From an uncultured delta proteobacterium (GTDB taxonomy: Bacteria > Desulfobacterota > Syntrophia > Syntrophales > UBA2185): a stretch of DNA of 64,000 nucleotides. Positions 62,536-64,000 of this stretch are shown piece after piece (position 1 is the first letter of the stretch; the number at the start of each line of letters is the position of its first letter). Position numbers and translations under genes: made by a program. The stretch is taken from positions 64,815-128,814 of the forward strand of contig CAVOID010000012.1 in assembly GCA_963695875.1 (NCBI GenBank). Direction: 5' to 3'. A model generated the notes under the pieces. It did no database searches. It saw only the letters and a program-made list of their open reading frames with translations, and was not told the origin of the DNA.

Positions 62536-63367
62536 TCAACGCCAGCAGCGCGATCATTTGGCAGAAAGGCTCCAGGATGTCCTCCTGCCATTCGGTGACA
62601 TCCGGCCAATCCGGCGGCGAGTCTTCTCCGTTGGCCGTGGAGGTGATGATGGATTTGGCGTAACTGAACACATAACCCATCCCGAAAATGGTTAGCATTA
62701 ACACCAGCACAAAACCATACGGGCCGGCCATTCCCGCCAAAGTCCTCACAAATCCGAGCACGACAAAGAAAACGACGCCGCAGATCAATAGTATCAGGCC
62801 GTCGCCTTTGAGCGGATAGCTGAACGCGCCGCAGGCCTGGCTGAAAAAAGATTTGTCGGGCGCGGCCTGGGACCGCGCCGGTTCCAGCGGCGAACATTCC
62901 ACGCTGCACGCGCGGCAGAAATAACGCCCCTGCCGGTGGCTGACGCACAGAGCGCAAAATGTCTTCCGGCATTTCGGACAGAGAAATTGCGCGGCGGCGT
63001 GCGGATGAAATTTGCAGAAGGCGGCGATGGCGGCTTGCGGTTGGATGGCCGCGTCGCGCATCGGACGCGCGCGCGGAATCTGGTCGCTTTCAAATTGCAT
63101 CACCACATCGCCAAGCCGGAGGGTCTGCCCGTTGAATAGAGGCGCTTCGTCCACCATCGCGTCGTTGACAAAAGTCCCGTTGACAGAGCCAAGGTCCTTG
63201 ATGACCACGCCCGAATCCGTCATCGTCAACTGGCAATGCGCGCTGGAGACGGAGGGATGTTCGATGGGAAAAGTGTTTTCCGGTCCACGCCCCAGGGAAA
63301 TGGCGCCCGGCTGGAGCGGGATTTCCCAGGCGCTTTCGGTTCCGGGATTGACAATCAGCCGGGACAT
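62536..63367 (-). CDS. FHA-domain protein with B-box-like Zn finger and membrane region (3'-truncated at the junction)
   Basis: LGRG..N...I.HPSVSSAH, DLGSVNGTFVN; C..HP...A...C..C...FC..C; TM helices and PPDWPD. Confidence 0.8.
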
Positions 63368-63535
63368 GTTGTCCACGCGATAAGGAAAAGCAGTTCAAGT
63401 GTCAAGGCAAAGCGCGGCGGCGACCGGTCCGGCGATCCTGGATTTTTGCCGGTGAATCGCCGTCCGCGCGGTAAATCCATCTGCGGGGAAAATCGGGTTG
63501 CGACTTTTGGCAATTGCACCTAACCTCGTGTCATC

Positions 63536-64000
63536 ATGAGGACAACACTTCAACTCGGCAGATTTTCCTTCGGCATGGGCGACCGCTTTGCCCACCAAGC
63601 CAAGGCCCAGCTTCAGGCGTGCATCCTCGCCGCCAAACAGGGCGTGAACATCGTTCCGGTCTGGAACAAATCCAATCGCGAACACGCCATCATCGGCTCC
63701 GAGCCGTCCAGCGTCCGCGCCGCCGCCGCCAAAGCCGTGCGCGAACTTGGCTGGAAAAAGGCCTGGCACGTTGACGCCGACCACATCCGCCTCGAAACCG
63801 TGGATCGCTTCCTCGCTTCCTCCGATTTCTTCACCATTGACGTCGCCGATTCCATCGGCAAACCCGCGCCGGCGTCGGACATCACCGCGTTCGTCAAGCG
63901 CCATCCCGAACTCGTTGGCGAACTGGAAATCCCCGGCATCAGCCGCCCGATTAAAACCACCCGCGCCGACGTGGAGCGCGTCGCCGCCAAATACCTTTTC
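63536..64000 (+). CDS. uxaE: Tagaturonate epimerase (UxaE) family protein; runs off the window (not in ORF track)
   Basis: SFGMGDRF, PVWNKSNREH..IG, HVDADHI, DFFTIDVAD. Confidence 0.8.
   Translation, partial: MRTTLQLGRFSFGMGDRFAHQAKAQLQACILAAKQGVNIVPVWNKSNREHAIIGSEPSSVRAAAAKAVRELGWKKAWHVDADHIRLETVDRFLASSDFFTIDVADSIGKPAPASDITAFVKRHPELVGELEIPGISRPIKTTRADVERVAAKYLF

Noticed and set aside
62492..62598. Genuine 3' overlap between the GH57 and FHA genes
   Set aside because: Both tails are read-through across the junction into the other gene's antisense strand.
63395..63990. Minus-strand ORFs of 169 and 125 aa
   Set aside because: They are shadows of the plus-strand uxaE-like gene in high-GC DNA.

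Overview
About 62.5 kb of moderately AT-rich bacterial chromosome, probably from an anaerobic Desulfobacterota/Syntrophales-like organism (inferred from gene content, not from a database search). At ~62,536 it joins abruptly to ~1.5 kb of much higher-GC DNA from an apparently different source. Contents in order: (1) a 13-kb type IV pilus locus whose gene order resembles the MSHA pilus. It includes an MshEN-bearing extension ATPase, a membrane-anchored receiver-less sigma-54 activator directly upstream of a sigma-54 promoter for the major pilin, and a PilX/MshP-like pilin fused to an L-type lectin domain. (2) A convergent histidine kinase / receiver-adenylate cyclase pair. (3) A MacAB-like ABC exporter and Fe-S/flavoproteins. 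(4) A divergent guanylate-kinase-like gene head-to-head with a 399-aa hypothetical that carries RelA/SpoT synthetase-like motifs in the right order; this is my best candidate for an undescribed system. (5) An accessory stretch with nested REP-like palindromes, a replication-initiator-like/HTH protein, a stand-alone MshEN-like protein and an RCC1-repeat lipoprotein. (6) recC-recB-recD, pckG, rimI, pyrK-pyrD, hrpA and a GH57 protein cut at the junction. (7) A truncated FHA protein and a uxaE-like gene in the high-GC part. Many conserved genes carry single-base frameshifts, most simply explained as sequencing or assembly indel errors. No rRNA, tRNA or CRISPR array was recognised. All family assignments come from motif recognition by eye.
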